From Eubacteriales bacterium (lineage in GTDB: Bacteria; Bacillota; Clostridia; Oscillospirales; CAG-272): DNA of 64,000 bases. Shown here one piece after another: positions 1 through 9,749 of this stretch (position 1 is the stretch's first letter; every line of letters starts with the position of its first letter). A program made the translations under genes and the position numbers. The stretch spans positions 3,776 to 67,775 of the forward strand of contig JBGVPD010000001.1 in NCBI GenBank assembly GCA_045126815.1. The letters run 5' to 3'. Under the pieces are notes generated by a model. The model saw only the letters and a program-made list of their open reading frames with translations, ran no database searches and was not told the DNA's origin.

Positions 1-114
1 ATCAACGATACACCCGTTGAAGTTCCGATGGAAGTCGGTCTCCACATTCAGCAGGTAACAGATGCGGCATACAGATCTGCTGCAAACAAGACAATTGAAA
101 AGGTTCTTGACTAA
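1..114 (+). CDS. 3' end of an unidentified CDS cut by the window edge (...NKTIEKVLD*)
   Basis: Frame 1 is open from base 1 to TAA at 112-114 and is followed by a strong terminator. 37 aa is too little to name a family. Confidence 0.5.
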   Translation: MNDTPVEVPMEVGLHIQQVTDAAYRSAANKTIEKVLD

Positions 115-137
115 TTAGTATTATCATGAAAAACAAA

Positions 138-180
138 CTGTCCGTACGTTCTGTTTATACAGAGCTTACGGGCAGTTTTT
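138..180 (+). terminator. Rho-independent terminator of the truncated upstream gene
   Basis: Long imperfect hairpin: ctgtccgta...tacgggcag with an inner gttctgt/acagagc stem. It is followed by TTTTT. Confidence 0.7.
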
Positions 181-191
181 GTTGTTGAATA

Positions 192-228
192 TAAAAAAGA
201 GTTGGTGGTCAAATTGCACCAACTCTTT
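192..228 (-). terminator. Terminator of the 368-aa membrane protein gene
   Basis: Perfect hairpin agagttggtg / caccaactct (198-228) abuts the stop codon. An A-run on the plus strand gives a T-run on the minus strand. Confidence 0.7.
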
Positions 229-1335
229 TTAGTTATAAGTTTTTCTATCGATAGTATTTCTGTCGACTGCGCCGAAAAAGCCGTCAGGGAAAAATATTTT
301 ATATTCTCCGCAGCAGTCTCCGGTATCAACGTCTTTTGATTTTCCGTATTCGTTTACAAGGACGCGAAGGGGAATAGACGTCAGTATCAATACTTTTCCG
401 CCGTCATAATCAAAACCGTAACGCCTTTCCGTTGTTATTGTCGGAGTTATGCTGTATTTAATATTTCTAAGCGACGTTCTGAAGAAGAAACCGTCGTTTT
501 TGAATACGACAGCAGAAATCTTGTTTGTAAAAGAAATAAGTTTACAAGCATATTTTTTGCCATTTGTTTCTATTACAAAATTAGGGTCTGACGTCATATA
601 AAAGACTGATAAGTACGGTTTATACATATCCGTAATAGTAACGTTATGTTTTTTTGCGAATTTCTTTAGCCTTCTGATAAACTTGTGACGCTTACTCAAC
701 GAAGAGCAGTAGGCGAAAAAGATGATCAATCCGATCAGAATGTACAGATATTTAAGATAAGGGATAATTAAGACGAAGAATTCAAAGAAAAACGATGCAA
801 CAGAGAGCAGACCGAATAACATTAAAAAAATTAACGAGCCTTCCAGAATAATAAAAAGAATATATCCGGCGAGTCTGGTGCTTGTATATTCTTTGCTTGC
901 AGCGCCTTTACCTTTGAGCCATTTTTTTCTTGGTGAAAGATATGTAAATACATTTGTTGCTATTGCCAAGGGAATAGCTAAAACGTAATATATATTGAAA
1001 ATGCCCAAAGATACGGTGATGATAAAACAAACAAAGTCGTATATAAATTCGCGTGAAAGTAATTCGAAATATAGAGGCGGATGTTTCTCACGGCTTGTAT
1101 AAATAATGTATTCGCGTCTGTTGTAGACGTTAAATGCGTATGAAGTGTTCATATAAATGAACAAAAACATAAGCGTCTCCCAGATGAGACTGTCGGTTTT
1201 AGTGTGCTTCATATCTCTTGTGTATAAGTAAAAAACGTATTTAACTATAATGTAAACTATAATAACCAACAAATGTTTTACTATGGTTCTTGACGCGCTT
1301 AAAAATTTAGGATTTTTCAGTTTAGAGTTTTCCAT
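229..1335 (-). CDS. Hypothetical polytopic membrane protein with a ~150-aa soluble C-terminal domain
   Basis: 368-aa ORF with GAGG 5-6 nt upstream of the ATG. About 6 hydrophobic helices lie in the first ~215 aa, followed by a basic linker and a beta-rich tail. No family recognised. Confidence 0.6.
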   Translation of the reverse strand: MENSKLKNPKFLSASRTIVKHLLVIIVYIIVKYVFYLYTRDMKHTKTDSLIWETLMFLFIYMNTSYAFNVYNRREYIIYTSREKHPPLYFELLSREFIYDFVCFIITVSLGIFNIYYVLAIPLAIATNVFTYLSPRKKWLKGKGAASKEYTSTRLAGYILFIILEGSLIFLMLFGLLSVASFFFEFFVLIIPYLKYLYILIGLIIFFAYCSSLSKRHKFIRRLKKFAKKHNVTITDMYKPYLSVFYMTSDPNFVIETNGKKYACKLISFTNKISAVVFKNDGFFFRTSLRNIKYSITPTITTERRYGFDYDGGKVLILTSIPLRVLVNEYGKSKDVDTGDCCGEYKIFFPDGFFGAVDRNTIDRKTYN

Positions 1336-1431
1336 AAAAACCTCATAAAATATGTGAATAAAAAGCTGTTATAATTATTTTATCATAAACGGTATTTATT
1401 GTAAATAGAAAAATAATATTCGAAACCTTAC

Positions 1432-1460
1432 TTGAAAAAAAGTATGTATTATGTTAGAAT
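1432..1460 (+). promoter_or_regulatory. Sigma-A promoter for the Gfo/Idh/MocA-U32-aminopeptidase genes
   Basis: TTGAAA, 17 nt, TAGAAT. Confidence 0.5.
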
Positions 1461-1516
1461 AATTAAGATTAATATATAAATCAAGATGATTGATATTTAT
1501 AAGGAGATATAGTTAA

Positions 1517-2524
1517 GTGAAAAAATACGGAATTATGGTGATCGGTTGCGGACATATAGGCTGCCAACACCTAAAAAATATTTATTATCGAGATAACATA
1601 CAGATAATATCCGTAATTGATAAAAATGAAGAGTATGCCAAGCTTGCCGCAAGAAAATACGGCGCTTTTGAATATGGAACGGACTACAGAAAATATTTAA
1701 CTGACGATAGAGTAGATATTGTAATTATAGCTACATATACGTCTACCCATTTAAGTATACTTAAAGATTGTGCACGTTACGGTAAGCACGTTTTGTGCGA
1801 AAAACCTATAGCGTCTAATCTTTCTGACGGGGAAGAGTTTGTAAGAATAGTTAAAAGTAACGATATAAAGGTGCTTGTAGCACATATACTCCGCCATAAT
1901 AAGTCTTATATTAAGATAGGCGAGATGATAAAGAGTGGGCTTATAGGCGAGCTTAAAATGGTAAGAATGGTGCAAAATCACCACGTGCTTGAGAGCAACC
2001 GTTTTTCAAACCTGCTTAAAGATTGTTCTCCGGTTCTTGATTGCGGAGTTCACTATATCGACGTTATGCAGTGGTTTACAGGATCTAAAATATGCGAGGT
2101 ATCCGGAATAGGAACAAAGATAGATGAGAATTCCCCCAACTATGATTACACTATTATGACTTTTAAAATGGAGAACGGATGCAAGGGGTATTATGAGGCA
2201 GGCTGGAACAAGAACATTGAGTCTCAGAATATGAAGGAATTTATCGGTACAAAGGGCAGAATATCTTTGGTTTTGAAAGAAATGCGTTCCAACGACAGAG
2301 AAGAGGGAGATCTTATAACTCTGTATGACGGTGAAAAAGGCGAATACAGAATTATAAACAACGATTCTTGTTATAAAGATATGTACGGACAGATATGTAC
2401 TCTTATAGATATGATCGAAAATAACACTGAAGGAAATCCCACGATAGATAGCGTTTTCAGCGCTTTTAAAGCCGCTTGTTTAGCCCAGGAAGCTATTGAG
2501 AATAATACAATAATTAAGTTGTAA
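1517..2524 (+). CDS. Gfo/Idh/MocA family NAD(P)-dependent oxidoreductase
   Basis: GTG start after AAGGAGAT. N-terminal Rossmann motif VIGCGHIG and the CEKPIA motif are present. Confidence 0.85.
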   Translation: MKKYGIMVIGCGHIGCQHLKNIYYRDNIQIISVIDKNEEYAKLAARKYGAFEYGTDYRKYLTDDRVDIVIIATYTSTHLSILKDCARYGKHVLCEKPIASNLSDGEEFVRIVKSNDIKVLVAHILRHNKSYIKIGEMIKSGLIGELKMVRMVQNHHVLESNRFSNLLKDCSPVLDCGVHYIDVMQWFTGSKICEVSGIGTKIDENSPNYDYTIMTFKMENGCKGYYEAGWNKNIESQNMKEFIGTKGRISLVLKEMRSNDREEGDLITLYDGEKGEYRIINNDSCYKDMYGQICTLIDMIENNTEGNPTIDSVFSAFKAACLAQEAIENNTIIKL

Positions 2525-2559
2525 TCAGTATAGATTTATGTAAAAAAGGAAGTGATACA

Positions 2560-4248
2560 GTGAAAAAGTTACCCGAACTTTTAGCCCCTGTAGGCTCGCC
2601 GGAAACGCTTGACGCGGCTATAATGGGTGGGGCTGATGCCGTATATCTCGGCGGTAAGCTCTTTAATGCAAGAATGAATGCAAAGAACTTTGATGATGAA
2701 AGTATAAAAAACGCTGTATCTCTTTGTCATAAAAACGGCGTTAAGCTTTATGTTACCCTTAATACTCTGATCTATGACAGAGCTTTGACTGACGCATTAA
2801 AGTTTGCAGAAAAATTATATCTGTCGGGTGTTGATGCTTTAATAACGGCAGACGTCGGTTTTTCAAAAATATTACACGAATATTTGCCCGATTTTGAGCT
2901 TCATGCAAGTACACAGATGTCGGGACATAACACGTACAGCGCAGAGTTTTTTAAGAATATGGGATTTAGCCGTATGGTGTGCGCAAGAGAAATGTCAAGG
3001 GAGAATATTGATTTTCTTGTAAAAAATTCGCCCATTGAGATCGAGATGTTTGTTCACGGGGCTATGTGTGTCAGCCAGTCAGGCCAATGTCTTATGAGTA
3101 GTTTTATCGGAAACAGAAGCGGAAACAGAGGCGAGTGTGCTCAACCGTGCAGATTGCCGTACAATAATTCGTACCCTATATCTTTAAAGGATATGTGTCT
3201 TGCTAATCATGTAAGAGATCTAATTGATTCAAACGTAGCCTCTCTTAAGATAGAGGGAAGAATGAAGTCTCCATCGTACGTTTATTCGGTTGTAAGTACG
3301 TACAGAAAGCTACTTGACGAAAACAGAAATGCAAGTCCAAAAGAAATAGAAAGATTAGCATCTGTATTTTCAAGGGGCGGCTTTTCTGACGGTTATTATG
3401 TTGGTAAAATAGATAGAGATATGCTTGGTATCAGAAGTGCTGACGATAAAGAGGCGACGAAATATTCAAACGTAAAACAGGTATCTGTTAAAAGAGAAAC
3501 AAAAGATATTTCTTTTACCCCCAGAGATAATAGATTGCCCGAAGAGATCAGTATAAAGGTCAGTGAAAAATTATCAAAGAAAACTAGAAGTGCCAGATTT
3601 TATAATGCCGACTCAATTCCCGATACCGATTGGTTTGATATAATTTATCTACCGCTAGACAGATTTACAAAAGGAAAAGCAAACGGTGTAATTATGCCGC
3701 CCGTTATTTTTGACAGTGAAGTTGAAAAAATAGACGGTATGTTGAAAAAGGCAAAAGAAAACGGCGCTTTGCATTGTTTAGTTGGAAATGTCGGGCACGT
3801 TGAAATTGCCAAAAAACACGGTTTTATAATTCACGGTGATTATAGATTGAACGTATATAACAATAGTACGATGCTTTCATTTGATGATATGGAGAGCGTT
3901 ATAGTTTCTCCTGAATTAACTTTAGCTCAAATAAGGGATTTAAAGGGCAAAAAGAGTGTTATTGTTTATGGAAAAGTGCCTTTAATGACGTTAGAAAGAA
4001 AGACGGGGCAGAAGATGCTTTGTGACAGAAAAAGAATTGCTTTTCCCGTGCTGAAAGAAGGCGGAAGAGAAATAATTGTTAATTCCGTGCCGATATATAT
4101 GGCAGACAGATTTAACGATTTAAAGAAAAATTATATTTTTGATATGCACTATATTTTTACGACCGAAACGAAAAGTGAAGTTTTGTCAATTATACAGGCA
4201 TATAAAGATAAAACGGCGAGTAAAAACGCAGTTAAGCGCATAAAATAA
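2560..4248 (+). CDS. Peptidase U32 family protein (PrtC/RlhA/TrhP-like, probable Fe-S protein)
   Basis: Has ELLAPVGS...GGADAVYLGG and LKIEGRMKS motifs. Four-Cys pattern C170-x6-C177-x15-C193-x3-C197. Confidence 0.85.
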   Translation: MKKLPELLAPVGSPETLDAAIMGGADAVYLGGKLFNARMNAKNFDDESIKNAVSLCHKNGVKLYVTLNTLIYDRALTDALKFAEKLYLSGVDALITADVGFSKILHEYLPDFELHASTQMSGHNTYSAEFFKNMGFSRMVCAREMSRENIDFLVKNSPIEIEMFVHGAMCVSQSGQCLMSSFIGNRSGNRGECAQPCRLPYNNSYPISLKDMCLANHVRDLIDSNVASLKIEGRMKSPSYVYSVVSTYRKLLDENRNASPKEIERLASVFSRGGFSDGYYVGKIDRDMLGIRSADDKEATKYSNVKQVSVKRETKDISFTPRDNRLPEEISIKVSEKLSKKTRSARFYNADSIPDTDWFDIIYLPLDRFTKGKANGVIMPPVIFDSEVEKIDGMLKKAKENGALHCLVGNVGHVEIAKKHGFIIHGDYRLNVYNNSTMLSFDDMESVIVSPELTLAQIRDLKGKKSVIVYGKVPLMTLERKTGQKMLCDRKRIAFPVLKEGGREIIVNSVPIYMADRFNDLKKNYIFDMHYIFTTETKSEVLSIIQAYKDKTASKNAVKRIK

Positions 4249-4283
4249 AGATATAAAAAACTATTTTGATACGGAGACAAAAA

Positions 4284-5507
4284 ATGACAAAGAGAACGTT
4301 AAGAAATTATGCAAAACTTATAACAAAGGTTGGCGTAAACGTACAAAAGGGACAAGAGGTCGTTATTAATGCCGAAACAGACCAACCTGAATTTGTAGCA
4401 CTCGTTGCCGAGGAATGTTATAAGGCAGGAGCGAAGAGAGTTGTAGTTGACTGGAATTATCAGCCGTTAACAAAACTAGGTGTAAAATACCGCACTCTTA
4501 AAGATTTAAGCAGAGTGGAAGAATACCAAGAAGCAAGACTTAAATACAGACTTGAAACTTTACCTGCTATGATCCACTTGCATTCTGCAGATCCCGACGG
4601 ATTAAAGGGAATTAATCAAGATAAATACAGTAAGGCAACACAGGCTATCAGAGCAGTAACAAAACCTTACCGTGACCAAATGGATAACAAATATCAGTGG
4701 TGTATTGCAGCGGTACCAAGTGTTGCTTGGGCAAAAAAGGTATTCCCAAATGAAAGAAAAAGTGTTGCTTTAGAAAAGCTTTGGGAAGCAATACTTTATT
4801 CATCCCGTTGCGATGAGGATCCTATTGCCGCTTGGGATAAACATAATAAGAACTTGCATGACAAATGTAATTATTTGAACTCTCTCAGAATAAAGAACTT
4901 GATTTATAAATCATCAAACGGAACCGATTTAAAGGTTGGAATGATTGAAGATGCGGTATTCTTAGGGGGAGCTCACGAAACGGTTCAAGGTATAGAATTT
5001 AATGCTAATATACCGAGCGAAGAGGTGTTTATATCTCCTAAAAAGGGAGTAGCCGAGGGTATAGTTTATTCTTCAAAACCTTTGTCGTATCAGGGAGAAG
5101 TTATAGATAATTTCTACGTTAAGTTTGAAAACGGTAAGGTTGTTGAAGTTAAGGCTGAAAAGAACGAAGAACTTTTGAAAAAACTTGTCGGAATGGATGA
5201 AGGTGCATCTTATCTTGGTGAATGCGCTCTCGTTCCTTACGATTCGCCGATTCGTAATTCCGGTGTGCTTTTCTATACGACTTTGTTTGATGAAAATGCT
5301 GCTTGTCACTTTGCACTCGGAAGAGGATTTACAAATACTATTAAAGATTTTGATAAATATTCGCTTGAAGAATTGCACGAAAAGGGTATAAACGATTCAA
5401 TGATTCACGTTGACTTTATGGTCGGAACTGAAGATATGGATATTGTAGCCGAAACATTTGACGGAAAGAAAGTTCAAATCTTTAAACAAGGTAACTGGGC
5501 ATTCTGA
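4284..5507 (+). CDS. Aminopeptidase, M29 (AmpS/PepS) family
   Basis: N-terminal LITKVGVNVQKGQEVVI...AGAKRVVVDW is typical of M29. ATG 4284 follows GGAG. The track start at 4266 is a TTG extension without an RBS. Confidence 0.85.
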   Translation: MTKRTLRNYAKLITKVGVNVQKGQEVVINAETDQPEFVALVAEECYKAGAKRVVVDWNYQPLTKLGVKYRTLKDLSRVEEYQEARLKYRLETLPAMIHLHSADPDGLKGINQDKYSKATQAIRAVTKPYRDQMDNKYQWCIAAVPSVAWAKKVFPNERKSVALEKLWEAILYSSRCDEDPIAAWDKHNKNLHDKCNYLNSLRIKNLIYKSSNGTDLKVGMIEDAVFLGGAHETVQGIEFNANIPSEEVFISPKKGVAEGIVYSSKPLSYQGEVIDNFYVKFENGKVVEVKAEKNEELLKKLVGMDEGASYLGECALVPYDSPIRNSGVLFYTTLFDENAACHFALGRGFTNTIKDFDKYSLEELHEKGINDSMIHVDFMVGTEDMDIVAETFDGKKVQIFKQGNWAF

Positions 5508-5523
5508 TAAAAGACAAATATAA

Positions 5524-5557
5524 AGGACACAGTGAAGTTTTAAACTGTGTCCTTTTT
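5524..5557 (+). terminator. Terminator of the aminopeptidase gene
   Basis: Hairpin aggacacagt / actgtgtcct followed by TTTTT. Confidence 0.75.
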
Positions 5558-5570
5558 GTTTAAACACAAT

Positions 5571-5603
5571 AGAGAGTTGATGGGAGAAGCCCACCAACTC
5601 TCT
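5571..5603 (-). terminator. Hairpin downstream of folA (weak T-run)
   Basis: 14-bp stem agagagttgatggg / cccaccaactctct, which includes a G-U pair on the minus-strand RNA. The T-tract on the minus strand is poor. Confidence 0.5.
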
Positions 5604-5616
5604 TGTTTGTTGCAAG

Positions 5617-6126
5617 TTATTTTCTTCTGTATTCGGTGAAGTAGAATTGTAAGTTGGGTTCTGTGTCTTTCTCGGGATCACTGATTTGCATGTCCCCGGT
5701 ATGTACAAGCTCCCAAGATTCGTCTTCATCAAGATTAGGGAAATATACGTCCTTGTCGTACGATTTATCAAACTTAGTAACGTATGCGGTATCGCAGTAT
5801 TCAAGCATTTGTCTGTAGACACTTGCTCCTCCGATTACAAAAACGTCATCTGTGTTATATTTTTTTACTTCTTCGAGCAATTCTTCTATTGAGTGAACTA
5901 TGGTAGTGTTTTCAACCTTATAATCTTGAGAAGGATGAAGAACGATATTAGTTCTGTTTTTTAAAGCTTTTCCGCCGGGGAAGGTTGCCAATGTGTTTGA
6001 ACCGAGGATGACGACTTTACCTGCAGTCAGGTCTCTGAAATTCAAGAGGTCAGCTCGAATACGGGCAAGGAGATCGCCTTTGTAACCGATACCCCATTCT
6101 TTATCAACAGCAACGATAAGTTTCAT
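5617..6126 (-). CDS. folA: Dihydrofolate reductase
   Basis: 169 aa with MKLIVAVDKEWGIGYKGDLL...VIGGASVYRQ. It lies immediately downstream of thyA. Confidence 0.85.
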   Translation of the reverse strand: MKLIVAVDKEWGIGYKGDLLARIRADLLNFRDLTAGKVVILGSNTLATFPGGKALKNRTNIVLHPSQDYKVENTTIVHSIEELLEEVKKYNTDDVFVIGGASVYRQMLEYCDTAYVTKFDKSYDKDVYFPNLDEDESWELVHTGDMQISDPEKDTEPNLQFYFTEYRRK

Positions 6127-6152
6127 AATTATTATCCTTTCAAAAAATCAAA

Positions 6153-6983
6153 TTAAACAGCTACGGGGAAACGTCCAACTTTTTCGCCGTGCACATAGTT
6201 GTTAACGGTAAAGCTGTCGGGAGTGAAATCGTAGAAGTTTGTTATAGATTTATCAAGAATTACTTCGGGAGCAGGATAAACTTCACGTTTAATCAATTCT
6301 TCAACAATGGGAATGTGTCTGTCGTAAATATGAGCGTCTGCAATAACGTGAACTAATTCTCCGGGTTCAAGACCTGAAACCTGAGCAAACATTAAAACGA
6401 GAGCTGCATATTGAGCTACGTTCCAAGCGTTTGCCGCAAGCATATCTTGTGAACGTTGATTAAGAATTGCGCAGAGTTTGCCGTCGGTAACGTTAAACGT
6501 CATACTGTAAGCGCAGGGGTAGAGCGCCATTTCGTGAAGGTCGGCAAAATTATAGAGGTTAGTCATAATTCTGCGGCTGCACGGATTATACTTTAAGTCA
6601 TAGAGGACTCTGTCAACCATATCAAATTCGCCTTCGCGATATTTATGTTTTACGCCCATTTGATAGCCGTATGCTTTACCGATCGAACCGTTTTCGTCCG
6701 CCCAGCTGTCCCAAATATGAGAATTAAGATCGTTAATATTATTTGATTTTTTCTGCCATATCCAAAGAATTTCGTCAACAGCGGCTTTAAATGATATAGG
6801 ACGGAGAGTGATAAGAGGGAAGTCTTTTGAAAGGTCGTAACGGTTTATAACACCAAACTTTTTGATAGTATAGGCGGGTTCTCCGTCTTCCCAGTGGGGA
6901 CGTACCTTTTCGTCTTTAACCCAAGTTCCGTTTTCAAGAATATCTTTACATGTGTTAATAAATGCGATATCTGCTGAACTCAT
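6153..6983 (-). CDS. thyA: Thymidylate synthase (ThyA type)
   Basis: Contains LYPCAYSMTFNV...NQRSQDMLAANAWNVAQYA...ADAHIYDRH. Confidence 0.95.
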   Translation of the reverse strand: MSSADIAFINTCKDILENGTWVKDEKVRPHWEDGEPAYTIKKFGVINRYDLSKDFPLITLRPISFKAAVDEILWIWQKKSNNINDLNSHIWDSWADENGSIGKAYGYQMGVKHKYREGEFDMVDRVLYDLKYNPCSRRIMTNLYNFADLHEMALYPCAYSMTFNVTDGKLCAILNQRSQDMLAANAWNVAQYAALVLMFAQVSGLEPGELVHVIADAHIYDRHIPIVEELIKREVYPAPEVILDKSITNFYDFTPDSFTVNNYVHGEKVGRFPVAV

Positions 6984-6998
6984 ATTTATGTATCTCCT

Positions 6999-7775
6999 TT
7001 ACTTCGTGGGAATATCTCCGATAGAATTTAGTATAAGTCTTGGGCGGTAGGGATATTGCTTGATATTAGAGAGATTTGTAACTCCTGTGAGCACAAGAAT
7101 AGGGTCGATGCCACTTTCAATTCCTGCTATGATATCCGTGTCCATTCTATCTCCGATCATAGCCGTATCTTCTGAGTGAACGCCGAGTATGCGAAGTCCC
7201 GTTCTCATCATAAGGGGATTAGGCTTGCCTACGTAATAAGCTTGTTTGCCTGTTGTTCTTTCAATGGGAGCAACAAGAGCTCGACAAGCAGGGATAGGGC
7301 CTGTCTCCGATGGACCTGTCAAATCGGTATTCGTGCCGATAAGATTAGCGCCGTTCATAACGAGTCTCATAGCTTTTGTTATGTTTTCGTAGTTGTATTG
7401 TGCAGTTTCGCCTATTACGACGTAGTCGGGATCAATATCGTTCATTGTGATTCCTGCATCGTGTAAAGCATTATATAAACCTGCATCACCGATAACGAAT
7501 GCAGAGCAACCGGGGCTTTGAAGCTGGAGAAATTTTGCAGTTGCGAGAGCGCTCGTATAAAAGTGCGAAGCTTCAACGTCAAGTCCCATTCTTAGAAGCT
7601 TTTGGCGTAATTCTTGAGGTGTTCTGTTACTAGCATTTGTCAAAAATAAGAAGTTTTTTTCGTTCTCAGTAAGCCATTTTACAAATTCTTTCGCCCCCGG
7701 CAAAAGATTATTGCCGTGATAAATGACACCGTCCATGTCACATATAAAGCCTTTTTTATTTCTCAGTTTTTCCAT
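6999..7775 (-). CDS. HAD-IIA family hydrolase (NagD/YutF-like sugar-phosphate phosphatase)
   Basis: Has the FICDMDGVIY motif I, LTNAS, and GDRMDTDI motif IV. Confidence 0.8.
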   Translation of the reverse strand: MEKLRNKKGFICDMDGVIYHGNNLLPGAKEFVKWLTENEKNFLFLTNASNRTPQELRQKLLRMGLDVEASHFYTSALATAKFLQLQSPGCSAFVIGDAGLYNALHDAGITMNDIDPDYVVIGETAQYNYENITKAMRLVMNGANLIGTNTDLTGPSETGPIPACRALVAPIERTTGKQAYYVGKPNPLMMRTGLRILGVHSEDTAMIGDRMDTDIIAGIESGIDPILVLTGVTNLSNIKQYPYRPRLILNSIGDIPTK

Positions 7776-7829
7776 AATTTACTGTCTTTCTGTTTTTAGT
7801 TGTGTTTATACGTGTTTTTTCTTCATAAT

Positions 7830-7858
7830 ATTATACCATATTACGTCAATTCTTTCAA
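7830..7858 (-). promoter_or_regulatory. Sigma-A promoter for HAD-thyA-folA
   Basis: On the minus strand: TTGAAA, 17 nt, TGG-TATAAT (extended -10). Confidence 0.55.
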
Positions 7859-7868
7859 TAGTTATACA

Positions 7869-9200
7869 CTAATTCCATGAAATCTCTTTTAAAATAGGGA
7901 TGAGATTATTAACTTCGGACAAAGTCTCATTTACGATTATGTTTGTTTTTGCGTCATAAAAGTATTGATAACTAAAGATCGATATACCTTTGCAGTTATT
8001 GATTTCTTTTGTGTATAGGAGACTTTTTTTGAGAATATCGGTATTGTTCTTCCATTCATTTTTACCGCTACCTGCCCATTGGTCTATCTTTGTGTATGCT
8101 TTTCCGAGAGTAAGTCCCATTACAAGTTTAACACTATCGTTCTTTATAATGTTTGACCACATATCTGCTATTTTATCAAAAGGGTGAGTCTGGTGTTCAA
8201 ATCCGTAATATACCTGCGGACAAATATAGTCAATATATCCCTCGTTTTCACACCACGTATATACGTCGGCATACGATTTTTCTGTGGTCGTCTCAATATT
8301 TGCATCGGGACTTATGCCAAACAGAATATCGTGATCGTTTTGCTTTACCGTTGAATATATGCTTGATATCAGTTCATTTAAGCAGTTATATCTGAACTGT
8401 TTTAGCGTTATGGTGTTTTCATTTTCGTTATATTCTTTGTAAGATGAAAAATCAAAACTCTTATCTGTCGTAGGATAGAAATAATCATCCATATGGATAC
8501 CGTCAAACGAATAGTTTTTTATCATTTCATCTACTCCGTCGCAAATAAGTTTTCTGGTTTCGCTGTAGGCGGGGTTGAGGTAGAATCTATCGTTTACTTT
8601 TACAATGAATTTACCATTGTATTCATCATTTAAATACCATTGTTTGATAACGTATTTGTTATCAATAAGTTCTATTTCATCTATTTTCATACAACGAAGA
8701 GGATTTATCCAGGCATGAACGGAGAGAGCGTATTTCTTGGCTTCTTCAACTAAGATCTTTATCGGATCATATTCAAAATCATAGGCGTAATCTGCTGTAA
8801 CGTACCTTGACGGCGGAAAAATTTCCGACGGGAAAAAGCTGTCTGCATAAGGACGAACCTGAACTATTACGGTGTTAAAACCCAAATTGTATATGTTTGA
8901 CAAAACACTTGATATTAATTTTTTATAATCGTCTTTGTCTCTTTGTTTGTTCCCGTCAGTGTAAACAGATACCAGGTCAAATTGAGAAAGCCAAATAGCT
9001 TTCATATCTTTATAATTGGTTATTATTTTTTGAGGATCTTTTTCTGTTTCTATGTCTTGTTTTGGAGTATCGGTTTCATTTACGGTGGTTACATCTGTAT
9101 CTGTTTCATTGACTAACGGTGGTTGGTCATGTTTTTTGCAACCGAAACATAAGAGCAGAGCAAATAAAGATATAAGAAAAACAGAAAAAGCTTTTTTCAT
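7869..9200 (-). CDS. Lipoprotein, glycoside-hydrolase-like family 10 (GHL10/YngK-like TIM barrel)
   Basis: Signal peptide with an LLCFGC lipobox. Has GFNTVIVQVRPYADSFFPS, HAWINPLR and FDGIHMDDYFYP motifs. Confidence 0.75.
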   Translation of the reverse strand: MKKAFSVFLISLFALLLCFGCKKHDQPPLVNETDTDVTTVNETDTPKQDIETEKDPQKIITNYKDMKAIWLSQFDLVSVYTDGNKQRDKDDYKKLISSVLSNIYNLGFNTVIVQVRPYADSFFPSEIFPPSRYVTADYAYDFEYDPIKILVEEAKKYALSVHAWINPLRCMKIDEIELIDNKYVIKQWYLNDEYNGKFIVKVNDRFYLNPAYSETRKLICDGVDEMIKNYSFDGIHMDDYFYPTTDKSFDFSSYKEYNENENTITLKQFRYNCLNELISSIYSTVKQNDHDILFGISPDANIETTTEKSYADVYTWCENEGYIDYICPQVYYGFEHQTHPFDKIADMWSNIIKNDSVKLVMGLTLGKAYTKIDQWAGSGKNEWKNNTDILKKSLLYTKEINNCKGISIFSYQYFYDAKTNIIVNETLSEVNNLIPILKEISWN

Positions 9201-9212
9201 AAATTATCTCCT

Positions 9213-9749
9213 TTAGGACAGATAGGTAACGTTGTTAGGGTGTTTGTCGAGGACTTTTCTTTTTAGAGAATAAAAATAATACAGACTAATTATATAGGTG
9301 TTGTCTGCAGCTTTTTTTACAGCCGAATGAAGTTGAGTAAATGGGGATTTTATAACGATTATTTTTAGAGTGTTTGATGTTGTTTTATAGTTATTTTCAA
9401 TACTTTTTTCATTCTCTAAAAAAGTTACTTCAAAAAGTGTATCCTGTATTTTTAGGGCGAAAATTTTGTTGTATTTCCGATGTATAGATAATGTGTATAA
9501 ATAAAGCCCCAAAAGAATTAAAATAATTATCGGTAAAAGAATAATAAACACCGTAGCAAATAGAAGAAAAAAAGTCCCTGTCTCTAACCAAAGGAATATG
9601 ATTTTTGCATATCTGAATATTTTGCCGACTAATATATATTTTCTGAAAAATTTGAATATATAATATATTTTGGCAATAAAAGGAGTGTGTTTTCCGTAGT
9701 GTTTTACGTATGCTATATAAGATTTATATTTAAGAGGATTTGTATTCAT
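9213..9749 (-). CDS. Hypothetical membrane protein (2 TM helices plus a cytoplasmic tail)
   Basis: 178-aa ORF. It shares an ATGA stop/start overlap with the upstream IMPase gene and ends 12 nt before the GHL10 gene. No family recognised. Confidence 0.5.
   Translation of the reverse strand: MNTNPLKYKSYIAYVKHYGKHTPFIAKIYYIFKFFRKYILVGKIFRYAKIIFLWLETGTFFLLFATVFIILLPIIILILLGLYLYTLSIHRKYNKIFALKIQDTLFEVTFLENEKSIENNYKTTSNTLKIIVIKSPFTQLHSAVKKAADNTYIISLYYFYSLKRKVLDKHPNNVTYLS

Noticed and set aside
198-5603. Two terminator hairpins (198-228 and 5571-5603) share the arm core AGAGTTGGTG/CACCAACTCT; possible REP-like repeat family
   Set aside because: There are only two copies, and thousands of shared 10-mers are expected by chance in 64 kb. 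The loops and flanks differ. Whole-genome counting would be needed before calling a repeat family.
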